A stretch of 64,000 nucleotides of DNA from assembly GCA_003344405.1 (NCBI GenBank), contig NOWV01000200.1, positions 62,001 through 126,000 on the forward strand. The letters run 5' to 3'. The notes beneath the pieces were generated by a model that worked only from the letters and a program-made list of their open reading frames with translations, ran no database searches and had not been told where the DNA came from. A program made the translations under genes and the position numbers. Shown here one piece after another: positions 41,001-53,500 of this stretch. The stretch's first letter is position 1; each line of letters opens with the position of its first letter. Source of the stretch: Trichoplax sp. H2 (lineage: Eukaryota).

Positions 41001-44000
41001 AATCTAATAGTAACATTATTGACTTCCACTTTATCTTTTTCATTTTGTAAAATAGAAGAACAAGTTTTGGTGGTAGTTTTTGACGAAAGAGCGGTTCTAG
41101 CGTTTAGCACAGAAGATTGATAGACACCAGATTTTTGTCTATCTTTTTGTAAGTTTAGATTAAATTTACCTTTTCTCTGTGACAGCACACTAAGATTGGA
41201 ATGGAATGAAAAAAGAAACGCTTATTACAGAGACTTGCATAGGAATAATTGCTAATGCTAGTATTTACAGAATATTATGAAATACTCAAATCTACGCTTA
41301 CTACTAAAGATCGACATGAATATGCAGTGGATACCATAAACGCTGCAAACAGTATGCAAGGAATATTATGTAACACTCAACTCTACTTATATAGCTAAAA
41401 ATTGACAAGAACGTATCGTAGATATCATATATCATTTTAATAGTATACATAGAATATTAAGTAATATTTAGCACTAATTATATTACTAAAGGGCGAATGC
41501 GTGTATGATGACTATCGCTTAAGCTAACAATATTATACACGGTATATTATGAGATATTTAGCTCTAATTCTACTGCTAAAGATTCTCATAAATATACAAT
41601 AAATATCCTACACGCTGCAAATTGTGATCCTATCTGATTTTGGACGTCTGCTAAATCGAATTTCCATATCATTACAATTGCACAAATGGTTCTTCATAGC
41701 TTACCGATAATTTTCATTACTAGCGATGGCTATAATGCACGGCTTTGTATCTTTTAATCTATCCAACTCATCCATACTTAGACAACCGGTAAAAAATTTC
41801 CCAAGTCTAGAATACTTACTGAACGGACCTTCTCTTTCCACCACAATTTCAGCTACCATACTTTGAATTTTATCATGTATAGCTGTTTTATAACCTTGAC
41901 GTTGTGTGATAAGAATATTTGCAGTCGTTACATTGATATCAGGATCATCTTCCAGTACTTCTACCATTTCAATTTGACATTTAAATTCCTTTTCCAATCT
42001 CCGAATATCATCTTGAAAATACATCCGTAGATATTCAATGATCAATGGAGGGTTAATATTAAGGCCGAACTTCATCAGCCTATCATTTTCTATTTTATCT
42101 GCAATAGCTTGAATTACTTTATCAACAATAACTAGAGGGCCAGTTGCAGTTATATTGCAAGTTTTAGTCCTATTATCTGATATTTCAGCTTCCAATTGAA
42201 CCTTGCAGCACAAGGGAATACTTTCTTGAAGTTGAGTAAGAAATTGATTTTGATCCCCTGATATAGGTACATTAGTAATGTTGAATTTTTTAGACTTTAC
42301 GCAGAAGATTTCTTTCAAAATTTTCGTCGCCTTTTCATGGACTTCAGAATCCAATGCAACTATGGAAATAGAAGTGCTATCCTTCATCTTGAAGACACCA
42401 GCGCTAATATTATCGTCTTGGAATTTCTTATTAATAAGTTCTCTCATTTCAGACTGTTGCGCGAGATAATTGCCTATTCGAGTGGGTAAATTGTCTATTC
42501 CATCGATTACACGAAAGAATGCAAACAATTTTTCCGTAAGATAAATATGTGTTCCACCGATCATATAGGCTATTAATTTGCTTCCATTATTGCCATTTGC
42601 AAATTCAAATGAAGCTTTATAACCTTCATCCCTGATCTTCTGTTCTAGATTAACTTGTTGCAGAAGAAAGCAAACTTTCTCGGGTACATCATATTCTTCC
42701 CGAACCATATCTATATCAGATACCGGAGAAATTGTAGTGTTAGTAAATTTAATCGTAAGAAGATTTCAATTCTATCCTGAACAGATGTTACTTCTTTAGA
42801 CCTATTAATAGCAGAATTGCAATCAAATTCGATGCATGCAATAACTCAGCTCTATTCTACCTTCAATTATCGGATACTTACTATCTGCCGTATCTTCATG
42901 ATCTACCCCATCATCTGCTAAATTTCCATGATCTGTTTCGCTATCTACCGTATCTTCATGATGTACCCCATCTTCTGCTAAATTTTCATGATCTGTTTCG
43001 CTATCTGCTGTATCTTTATGATCTATCCTACCATCTGCTAAATTTCCGTGGTCTGTTATGCTATTAGTCATATCTTTATGATCTGCAACACTATCGGCTA
43101 AATTTTCATGATCCGTTTTGCTATCAACAATATCTTGATGATCCATTTCGCTGTTGGTTATCTCTTCGTGTTCTATTTTACTAGGTGCAATAGCTTCTCT
43201 TACACCTTCTACACCTTCGTGAGATTTATGAGTGTTTTGACTTTCCATTAATTCATGCTTTAATTGCTCAATTCCATTCTGATTATCAATTTCAGGTTGG
43301 TCGACAGTATTTGTTTCCTCGGTCACAGATAGATTTTTGGGCAAAATTGTCGATGGCAGCAGATGGTTAAGTTCGCTTTTCAAGAGATTTTGAAGTCGGG
43401 AAGCCTCTTGCTTAAGAAATTTAGACTTAACATTCTTAGTAAATTTCACAGTAATGGGTTCTTCAATTAAAACCTCGAACTCATCCAAACATAGTACAGC
43501 AGTAAGAGCACCGGCTTGTCCGTTATATAATACATGTCTAAAAAAAGAATATTAATGTTAGTAACTTTAATTTTAATGCTACTGATCATAAGGCGTAACA
43601 CTACTGAAGTTTAAACTACAACATAATATACGGTTTAAATTGTCAGAAATTGTAGAATAATATAATTTGTAATCTTCATAATATAATAATAATAAGATGA
43701 ATAGCTCAATTGTCAGAATGAAAGACAAGCAGTAAAATAATCATTATAGGCGAGAAGTCTTATTACGCTTTATCAGATTTTATCATTTTCAAGCACGATA
43801 CTATTCCAGCTTGACTCGCCAAATGAAAGAGCTCCATCTATAATTATAATAAAGATGAAATTGGATCAAATGATGTTATCGATAAAAATACCATGATATA
43901 TAGTGACGTTATCAAACTCCAAGCGTAAAACTTAAATTATACTAGTAGATTTCTTGTATAGATAGAATGGTAATTATGGCTGTAGAATAATAATAGAAAA

Positions 44001-45369
44001 TCATTGCTTTGGTTAACAAATTTTCAGAGGTTTTACCAAGTTGTTGTTTTTAAAATATTCATTAATCGATTAATTCATCTATTAAAAGAATGATAGTAAT
44101 CTCTATATAAGATATTATTTATTAACAAAAATTGATTGAATAGTACTGAATTGAGCTAAAATGGCTAATAGTCAGATAGATTATACACGTTGATCAAAAA
44201 AATTGTCAGCAGGGTATAAGGTAGCCTTATACCAATAACATCAATAAAAAGCTATTGGAAGAGCAATTCTACTCAATATCAAGTTACAAAGGAGATTTCC
44301 GGATCAATAACGGATAACGACGCTTATATTATCTCCTTGTGTTACAGCTTCGGTTGTGATGAATAAACTTTTTTGCTCATAGATAACATAAATCCGAGCA
44401 TTTATTTACGAAGTACTTTATTCACCTCATGCATTGATTCAGGAACATTAGATATTGTGACAGCAGCCGAAGTATTTGCCAATCGTGATGAATTCATATT
44501 TTCGGTAACTTTAAGCTTTCTAAAGTTACAAAATATTTATAATTTAGCTTATGATTAATAGTCATAGCTGAAATGATTACTGATCTGGAAATTTGCATTA
44601 TTATGAAATCAAACCATACCCAAAATAGCATAACAATAAAAGCAGCTCGTATTTTTCAACTAGAACTGACTAAATTCAACTTACTTATCTTCAATTTCTT
44701 TAATGTAAAAACAGCCTATTTCACTACTATTCAATTTATTCATATAACCATCGACCTTTGCATTTAATTGTCGACGTTTATAATATCCCATTTCAGCAGG
44801 CCAAAATACTCTTAATCTCATTCTGCCAATTCTTAAACCTCTTAACCTACTCATCAATATTTCAGCCTCTGTTTTTGAGTAAGCAATCAATTCCCTAAAT
44901 CAATGTTACGAATAATAAATGAATGGAATATCAATGATCCACACAGGCATATATAATTTATTTGGATTTTACGTTTTCAATTATCGATTCATTTAAATTT
45001 AATAGGAAATTTAAAGGAATTAAAATAAAATTTAAATGTTACGTAGCGCTAACAATGTTCTAAAATCTATAGATGCAATAAATACAGCAGTTCATTTTTA
45101 TAAAACACGACTAATGCCTTACTATTTGATCAAATATCGCAATATATTTTCATTATAAGAAAGGTGATATTTATTTAGCCAATATTTTTATATTTGTGAC
45201 TGAGTTTAAACGTATACAAGATAGTAAAGTTCAATATTGTGGCATAACATTTAGAAATTTCTTATTATTTTACTTACGAAATTAGCCAAGACAGCTTCTT
45301 ATCACACGTACATTTAATCATGCAAATTTCTGTATCAGGGCTAATTTCATTAACCGTCCGAACGAATTG
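38037..45369 (-). CDS. Paralog D: apparently intact PARP14-like mono-ADP-ribosyltransferase (RRM-RRM-repeat-KH-like-macro-macro-WWE-ART; 5' end not located)
   Basis: Exons 45369-45278, 44894-44685, 44519-44426, 43837-43767, 43537-42882, 42710-41705, 41189-40967, 40828-40613, 40464-39046, 38819-38475, 38317-38037. RRM end LRGLRIGRMRLRVFW. Macro CDTIVNSID...SIAIPAIGTG. WWE-like KWYAKIGQTKWKFDSNLNYEIERNF. ART YLFHCT...YGTGTYFA...PSMFIVFNDNSAYPEY. Confidence 0.88.
42882..43173 (-). repeat. Coding 30-nt (10-aa) tandem repeat, ~10 units, in paralog D
   Basis: EHEEITNSEM DHQDIVDSKT DHENLADSVA DHKDMTNSIT DHGNLADGRI DHKDTADSET DHENLAEDGV HHEDTVDSET DHGNLADDGV DHEDTAD; near-identical 60-nt lines at 42901-43020. 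Confidence 0.9.
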
Positions 45370-48300
45370 CTGCAAGTGTAAATTAAAATTTGTTAGCAAA
45401 TCAGCCATTGTTTATATCGCTCCTATGAAGGTGCTGATATGTATCGTTCAAAAAATTTGTAGTTAGTAAGGTACAAATAATTCTCTGAAGATTGAGAGCT
45501 TTCTAATTATATAACAACATTATCCAATAGGGTCATCAGAAATTACTATTGTCAAGTAGTGATAATCAGTTTATAATAGCTATCAGTATTACATGAGTAC
45601 GTTATTCCGGTAAACACCTTCCGTCATATAAGAGTATGAGCTATTCAGAGCTTTGCCAATGCGAAAGCCACTCAAGTAATTAACACTAACTGTAGATATT
45701 CGTAGAAATAAACTGTAACTGATGAGTCTAAACATACGAATTTTATGGAATTATGGGAAAATACACTTGTCTACATACACCAACTCTTCTCTAGTATATG
45801 TCTTGTCTGCTATTTGGCAAAATGACCGGCCTAAATCAGCAGTGCTATTTTAGTGCTACTTTGATAATAAAATTAATAACTGAAAATACGGAAATTGTTT
45901 CTAATTGCTAAAATGAAGGCTTCTAATACCTAATTGGAGGGATCAAGAAAGCTATATTCAATTTTATCCTAACAGTCAAATTCTATATCTACCAATCTAC
46001 TAGATCATTTCAAGTAATGAAATGAGTAAAATAGTGTAAAATTATTTGTTACAGTTTAGCACTTCTCATTATTTTCGCTAAATAAGATAAGACATCAGTA
46101 TTAAGGGAAATTCAGATTATGCTTAACCATAAATAACAGTTTTCCATTGAAAGATATTAAAGTCTGGAAGAAGTCTATGTAAGTAACATTTTAAAGTACA
46201 AGAAGAAGAATAATAACTTATGATTAATTTGCTAATCAATAATATTTGATTACAAACTGGATTTCCTTCCTATATTACCCGTATAGCTCGTTTATGTATT
46301 CCGCAGGCATAAATAACATTCCATTCTGATCTAAATTATAATTAATAAAAATTCAGTTTAAATGTCTTCGACGTCAGATATCATTTGCAATTATTTTTTC
46401 CATATTATCTTTAATTTAAAATTCAAATCTTTGAAGCACGCCAGTACTTAGATACTTGATCCGAAATTGTTAAGTTTAGCCAATTAACAAATTTTAATTT
46501 ATTTCTGCTATTCCAAATATTTATTGGTAACTTAAAACGTTTACTTCAAACTTTTTTTCAATTTATATTGTAGCATTAATAATGTAAAAGATGGAGAAAT
46601 TTTCTATGTCCTTCGTGAATTTATGTCTAAAGAATAATTGTTTCCAGTCACTGAATGGCATAAGCCATGGATGACTAGATACTTTACTTAGGATCTAGTG
46701 GCTCGTACATAAGGATACAATTACATTGCTAAAAATCCTCTGGAATGGGCAGACTTTTAGCTCAACTTTATTATTGCTTGTTGTGTGGAAGGTAAATTAA
46801 GATACAGTAATCATTGTATTATATACAAGACAGCACAATTCGATATGCATAGCAGGCAAAACGACCATGACAACTGTAGTAGTTGAAAATAATAATATTA
46901 CTGTTGTGATGGAGGGTTCGAAGAGTCAGATAATGTGGTTTTAGTTGCCATGCAGAGAATTGCACAAGGAGCTTAAGAAAAGAGGATACTTTATTGTAGA
47001 TAGGAGTTAGGTACAGTGTGATAATTGTGGTAGGTCATTGTGGTAGTTGTCGTGAGTAAAGTGTGAATACTAACTGTGACTAATAATACAACTTGACAAA
47101 TCTAAGGTAGAAAACGGCAGTATTTATAGCTATGGCATTAGAACATATACAGAGAATATGATTATGGATTAGATACAACATATACCATAACAGGTTATAG
47201 AATAGCAGATGATTGTAGAAAATAGCGAGGACTGTAATAACTAAATGTAGTAAGTCATATTTGAATGTAGAGCGAACAGACTGTAGATATATGTCTAAAT
47301 ATAAGAATATAGTAACAGTATATTCTAAATGCACTACAACTTTAAATAAAAGTTTGCTAGTATAGCATTTTAGTTCTACTTCAAAACTTTTGATAAAATG
47401 AAAGCTGCATTTTAAAAATTGGATATTTTACTCAAATAATTCTATAGCCATTATCATTTCTTACTTACAATCAGCCATAACAATTTTATTGCCAGCTTAC
47501 CTTGCTGAAGCCATGCTTTGAAGTGAGAACTCAGAACTGCACTTACAAATTTTTGAACCCCCTTTATTCAAGCTTGAACATAATAAATTAAATCATGTAA
47601 AATATATTCCCGTTTACTCAATCCAGACTTTAGCATTCACGAAACTTCAATGCCTATTTTAAGTAAACCGTACAGCAATATTCAGGTATAATAATATCTG
47701 AAAAATAGCATAAACCCTAAAATTCTAGGAAATTGTATCCCAAATTAGACTAGTCATTACCTTAGAATTACTATCTTTACGTAAAATTTTACATCAAAAG
47801 TACAAAGTAAAGTATAAAATACAGAAAATAGATATGTATAGAAGACTTGAAATTGAATTACTAAAGTTCTAAATGGAAATACGAATGACGTTATGCTCAG
47901 TTGCTGCAACGATGAGTTTTCAGCCAAAAATTTGACCTAGTCATTAAATTAGAATAGTAATCCTTGCGAAAAGGTTCACTTCAAAATAGCCGTCTAAATA
48001 ATTTCATTTCTCTAGAGATGGTAAAATAGAATTAATAAGCTACTCCTTCACTCTCAGTCATCTAATTCACCAACAATAATATTTTATTAATTATAATAAC
48101 AATAAAATTATCAATTGTAGTATTCTATACTCTCATTATAATTTACGAAAGTAATCATCAAACAGTTAAGAAGGAATTTTGAGTCAATAGCCGCTTATTA
48201 TTATATTTGTTTTATCCCCTTTGAGTAACTTTTGCCTCACTTTGAACTGCTTTATGATTGAAAGCAGAGATTGAAGAATATGCTGCTGATGTCATATATG

Positions 48301-50585
48301 AATAATTTTCCTATTATTAAACTTTATCCTTACGACATATTATTTCGCAAATGAGTAATAAACGAGTATATTTTACAATATTTTTTCAGCAGTCAAGGAG
48401 CAAGCTTAATTGCTACTATTCCTACCTAAATATTGCATCTCATCCTCGCTTATGGATACAAGTAATCGTTGAATTTAAATGTATTAATTTGATCGTTCCG
48501 ATAATTGAATATACAAAACAGTGTAAAGCAACTACTAAATAACGAACTTTGCTGTCGTAACTAAAGCACAGTAAAATCATGCGGGGTAATGCTGAACTAT
48601 TTACTTTTAAACTAGATTCGATCGCGTCGATCAGCTATTTTACTGAGACAGCATAATACTATTAAATATCAAATCTTAACTAAGTTATTTTAATATCATG
48701 ATCGGACAAAGCAAACTATTTTAATTATCGACTGTTATTCACTGTCTACAGCAGCTATCAAGAGGAATAAAATTACCTCTAATCTATTGGAGCAATATTG
48801 CAACATGTTAAGCACTTGAATTGTCATAAAAATAAGAAAGTCGACTGCAATATTTAGAAAAATATTTGAACGATCAGTTAGCTGATCAAGCTGCAACCGA
48901 ACATTAGTGGAACATTATTATAGATGTCAGACAGGTCAAGCGAACAGAACTTTTACATATTGACCTAGTTAATCCAGAAAAACTCTACCTACAATAAAAC
49001 AATGTAATATTATACAGCCTGTAATAAGGATATATCAATGCATGGACATATATTATCGGTAACATTAACCCATTAGCGCCTGAATAGTATTGATGGAATA
49101 ATAACTCAAAAAGTGTATCTGTTTTTGAGGTTTTTATGTTAATATGATAGCCAATAAATTTGCTCTAGGAAATAGGGTGGCCACTATCGTTTTTGATGAC
49201 GTTGTCGTATATCAGAAAGAGGTTCAAGCATTAGGAAATGATTGATCTAGCTCTCAGACCTTTCTGTTTTTTATAATTCAAAGCCATTACTATAAATTAA
49301 TTTCTATCAGAACCAATATATGTGAAGAATCTTTATTTTGTTTTCAAATGTAGAAAAAGGGGGAAATTATGGCTTAAAACTAACCTAAAAATACGATTCT
49401 TCATACCAACATATAGCTACAATTGTCCGTGTAAGAGCAATCAAAGCACGTAGCAATAATTACCATATACTTTGCCATTTAAATGTTTGAAAACTAGTAA
49501 ACACACCGTATGTAATCAATAACTAAGGTATCTCATAGCAGAAATTAAGATAAGCACTTTACCAATCTTATGTCATACTAGTATCACAAGAATCCTCTTG
49601 TTCAGTAAAATTAGTCAAAACTGAAAGTATAGCAATAGTTCATAACATCTGCTTTAAAACGTATTTGAAACTCAAACGTTTCATGCATCAAACAACGTAT
49701 TCTTGTCTTAGAAACTTAAGATGAATAAAATATGACTTAAATTTGATTTTATCCTATAAAAGAAAATATATAGACAAGAAACAACATCAGTCGTAAAGCA
49801 GTTTTTCTAAATTTCTTTAACATAATACTTAACCTCTTGACAGTAAGCTGTATGCTGGCTGCTGTTATAACTCGCAGAAGTAGCAATTTTATTTGGTTAT
49901 TCTCTCTTGCACGTCCTTACATAAACCGATTAATTTATGCAAATCTTCTCTTTTACAGATTAAAATATTGATATTTCAGTGTAACTTTACAAATTTGTTC
50001 ATTTTATCAAGAATTATGCATATTGTTCATATCTTAAGCCTTACAACTTTCTAGTTTATGATTTATTACAGAATTTCCTTCACAAAGGTATGCCAAACTG
50101 TACTTATATATGATGGAGACGAATAAAAGTACATAAATTAGCATTTCGCATTGGTGCAATTAGAAGTTTTAATAAATTCCTTTATTATCATAAATGCTTT
50201 CTAAGCTTTACAAAAACAACATATCTAACATTAATAGAAAGCTTTATTTAACAGATTGATGGCATTTACTATAAATTTATCCTCCTCAAAACTATCGTAA
50301 GGAGAAAGTCTGTACAACATCCTTCTATTCTAAACTTTAAATCAGGAATGAGTTTGCTTTACAAGAATAACTTTCTGACATTATTCATAAATTAAGTTGA
50401 TTCGGAACAAAATGAATAAGTCTATCTACTACTGTTTCAGTAAATTATGCTTACAGTACAATAAAGCATAAAGGATTATGGAGTACCATATGACATTCAA
50501 CAAATCATGATACTCCCTTCTATAATACAGATCTAGTAGGCTAAATAAAAATATTTTATTCAGAATTTATCATTGTATCGACGAT

Positions 50586-53500
50586 TTAAGTAGAATTTGT
50601 ATGTTCTAAATGTAAAATGTATTCTGGATAAGCAGCATTATCATTAAAAGTAACAAAAGTTGTAGGATTTTTTAAATCATTAACAGTAGAATGGAATCTT
50701 TCGTTAGAGCTGCCGGGTATAAATTCCAAAATAGCCCCTCCTTTCCCCGGATTTAGCGTATATATGCCCGTTAATACTCCAACCATAAACACGATATTAC
50801 AACCTTTGCTGGCAGTAAGAAGGCTGGTTTCAAAAGGAGTTCCTTTACCGTAATTCGTTTCTAGTGCATGCATATTTAAAATGAAAGTTAGAAATTTGAA
50901 TTTAATGAATCACTATCAAGCTTAAAATATCAAGCTTAAAATTGGATAGAAGTATCTAGCAATAAATTAAGTTTATTCAGAATAAATGATAACTACGATA
51001 TCTTACCTGCAGTTGCTGTAGCGTAATCTCTGTCAAATCCTGACTTGCAAATACGAGATATACTTGATTGATCAATTCGATGATATAGTCTTCTCTCAAC
51101 TGGGCTATTTGGACTAAACCGTTGCACTAATTCAGCCACTTCTGTTTTGCGCAATAGATAGCGTTGATAGAGGTTCATATTTTGAATTCTTTGCAACCTT
51201 CGCAGACGCGCACCTTGCGATCGTACAAGTTCCACAATTTCATTATATTCTGCCCCTTTCCAAACATCAACAAGGAGATATTGACTTGAATCTTGAACCT
51301 CTTTTTCGGAAAGTGTCCAATATTGCTTACTGGGTAAATGGTCTACAAATTAAAGGGAAACATATGTATATTACTTAATAAAGTAGCATGGAAGATAAAT
51401 TTTAAATTAATTAAGTAAACTGACTACAAATCAGACAGAAATCTATACATGGTTCAATATAACATGTTGACGTAGGTAGTGCATTTTTAACTAGGTACGG
51501 TAAGTTATCCACAAATTAAACGTAAATGTATGCCTTACTCAATATAATGATACCGCCGGTGTTGCATTTTAATTAGCTAAGTTATCCACAAATTAGATGG
51601 AAATGTGCATATTACTCAATGTGATATTACAATGTAGACGATATATTTGAGTAAGTACATTATCTACAAATTAGACAGAAATACGAGCAATACTAAATGT
51701 AATATTATAAACCCTATACAATATAACATGATACGCAATTTTTTTAACAAGTTACGGCAAGCTGTCTACAAAATATTAGAAAGAAATGTATATGTATTAC
51801 TCAATGTAATATGATATAGTATGCGATGCATTTTAACTAGGTAAGTTGTCTACAAACTAGATAAAGAATGAATGTAACCATTTTTTTGCAACTTGATAAC
51901 GTACTCGATGTATTTTAACTAGGTCAGCTATTCACGAGTTAGACAGAAATGTATTATAGAAATTACTTGATGTTATAAGATAGGCGATGCATTTCTAACT
52001 TAGTAAACTGTATACCAATTAGCCGGAAATAAATGCATTACTCAATATAATTCGATATTTTATGCGATGTATCTTAACTACGTAATTTGTCCACAAATTA
52101 TACAGAAATGTACCGTATGCAAAACTTAGTGTAATACGACAGAGCATGGTAGCTAATATATCATAACCCAATCGAATGTGATTGGCGATATATTTTTAAC
52201 TGGTACGATAAGTTATCTACAAATTAGACAAAAATAAATACATTACTCAAAAGTGTGTAATAGAATGTGATAGGTGACATATTTTTAATTAGGCATGAAA
52301 AGTCATCTACAAATTCGACAAAAATAGATGCATTACGCAGTAGTATATGATAAGTAGTGCCTTCTTTAGCAGATCAATTTATAAAAAAATAATTAAGATA
52401 ATAATCCTACTATTCTATTTCTCAACTCTTATCGACCATAGATTAAGCATAATATTCGAATTTGTAAAAATTTCGTAGCAGAACTAAGATCGCACCTAAA
52501 TTTATATTAAGGTTGAAACAGAGATTAGTATATGTTATATATATATACATAGTATACTTTACCTTCACTGAATGATTTTCGGGCTATTGTAAACAATAAT
52601 TTATCCAGTTGGATTAACATGCTGGAATGAATATTCGATGATCTTACCATCAATTTCACAGGATGATTTGCTACTATTTTTGACATAAGTTTTATAACCT
52701 CTTTCGATTTCACGGTTCATCTCAGGTGAGAAATCGTGCTTTGCTTTATCCACTGCAACATTCCATTGAGTTTTTTTTAGCATTTCATTTATCATATCTT
52801 CCACGATAGATTGGCAATCCTTCTCTTGTGCGAACTGATGAATTCTATCCTTAACTTGAAATACATCATCTTTATTGCCATAAATCATAATTTTCCCATC
52901 ATCACTGTTGTCAACTATTATTGTACCAAACTGACACCATAATTCATTCATTAATGTCAACCATGCTGGATCTTGAGTAGCTGTAACAACATCTTGTTCA
53001 GTGATTTCTTCGCATGTCCAATATGATGCATTATCCACTAACTTTTTTTTAACTTGCACTATCGTATCGTCACTGTCAGCAATAATCGTAATTTTCTTAC
53101 CATATTCATCATAAAGATTGAATTGCGTAATCTTCCATTGAGTTAACAATGAAGTATCATGATCAGATTTTTGCGCAATCAGTCTTTGTGCCCAGCAAGC
53201 AATTTCATGCGCCAGTTCTTCATTACCCGTTATAAAATCAAGACGTGTCAGTGAAATTTTGGCCGTTGAGTGATCATTAAGAAAGCCAGTAATAGCAGTT
53301 AATAATTTATAAATATCCTTTTCGCTACTTTCTGTACTTGCTAATGGATAGGTGAGGGAACGATCGTCGTTTTGGTGGATAGAATCAAGCAATGATCGAA
53401 AATCGTCTATCATACCATATGGGCAAAAAGTATAAATAGTCTTGCCACTTGCTGCCATTTTTTTGTTTGTATTTAAAGTCGATTCCGAGTAGCATCGAGG

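Noticed and set aside
46600..48542. Short intergenic ORFs (e.g. 47080-47334, 48351-48542) as separate genes
   Set aside because: Low-complexity hydrophobic translations typical of AT-rich non-coding DNA, with no homology or splice support.
51400..52345. CRISPR array or DnaA-box (TTATCCACA) cluster
   Set aside because: The repeats are long and highly degenerate, lie inside a spliceosomal intron and have no cas genes nearby. TTATCCACA is just a variant of the repeat core.
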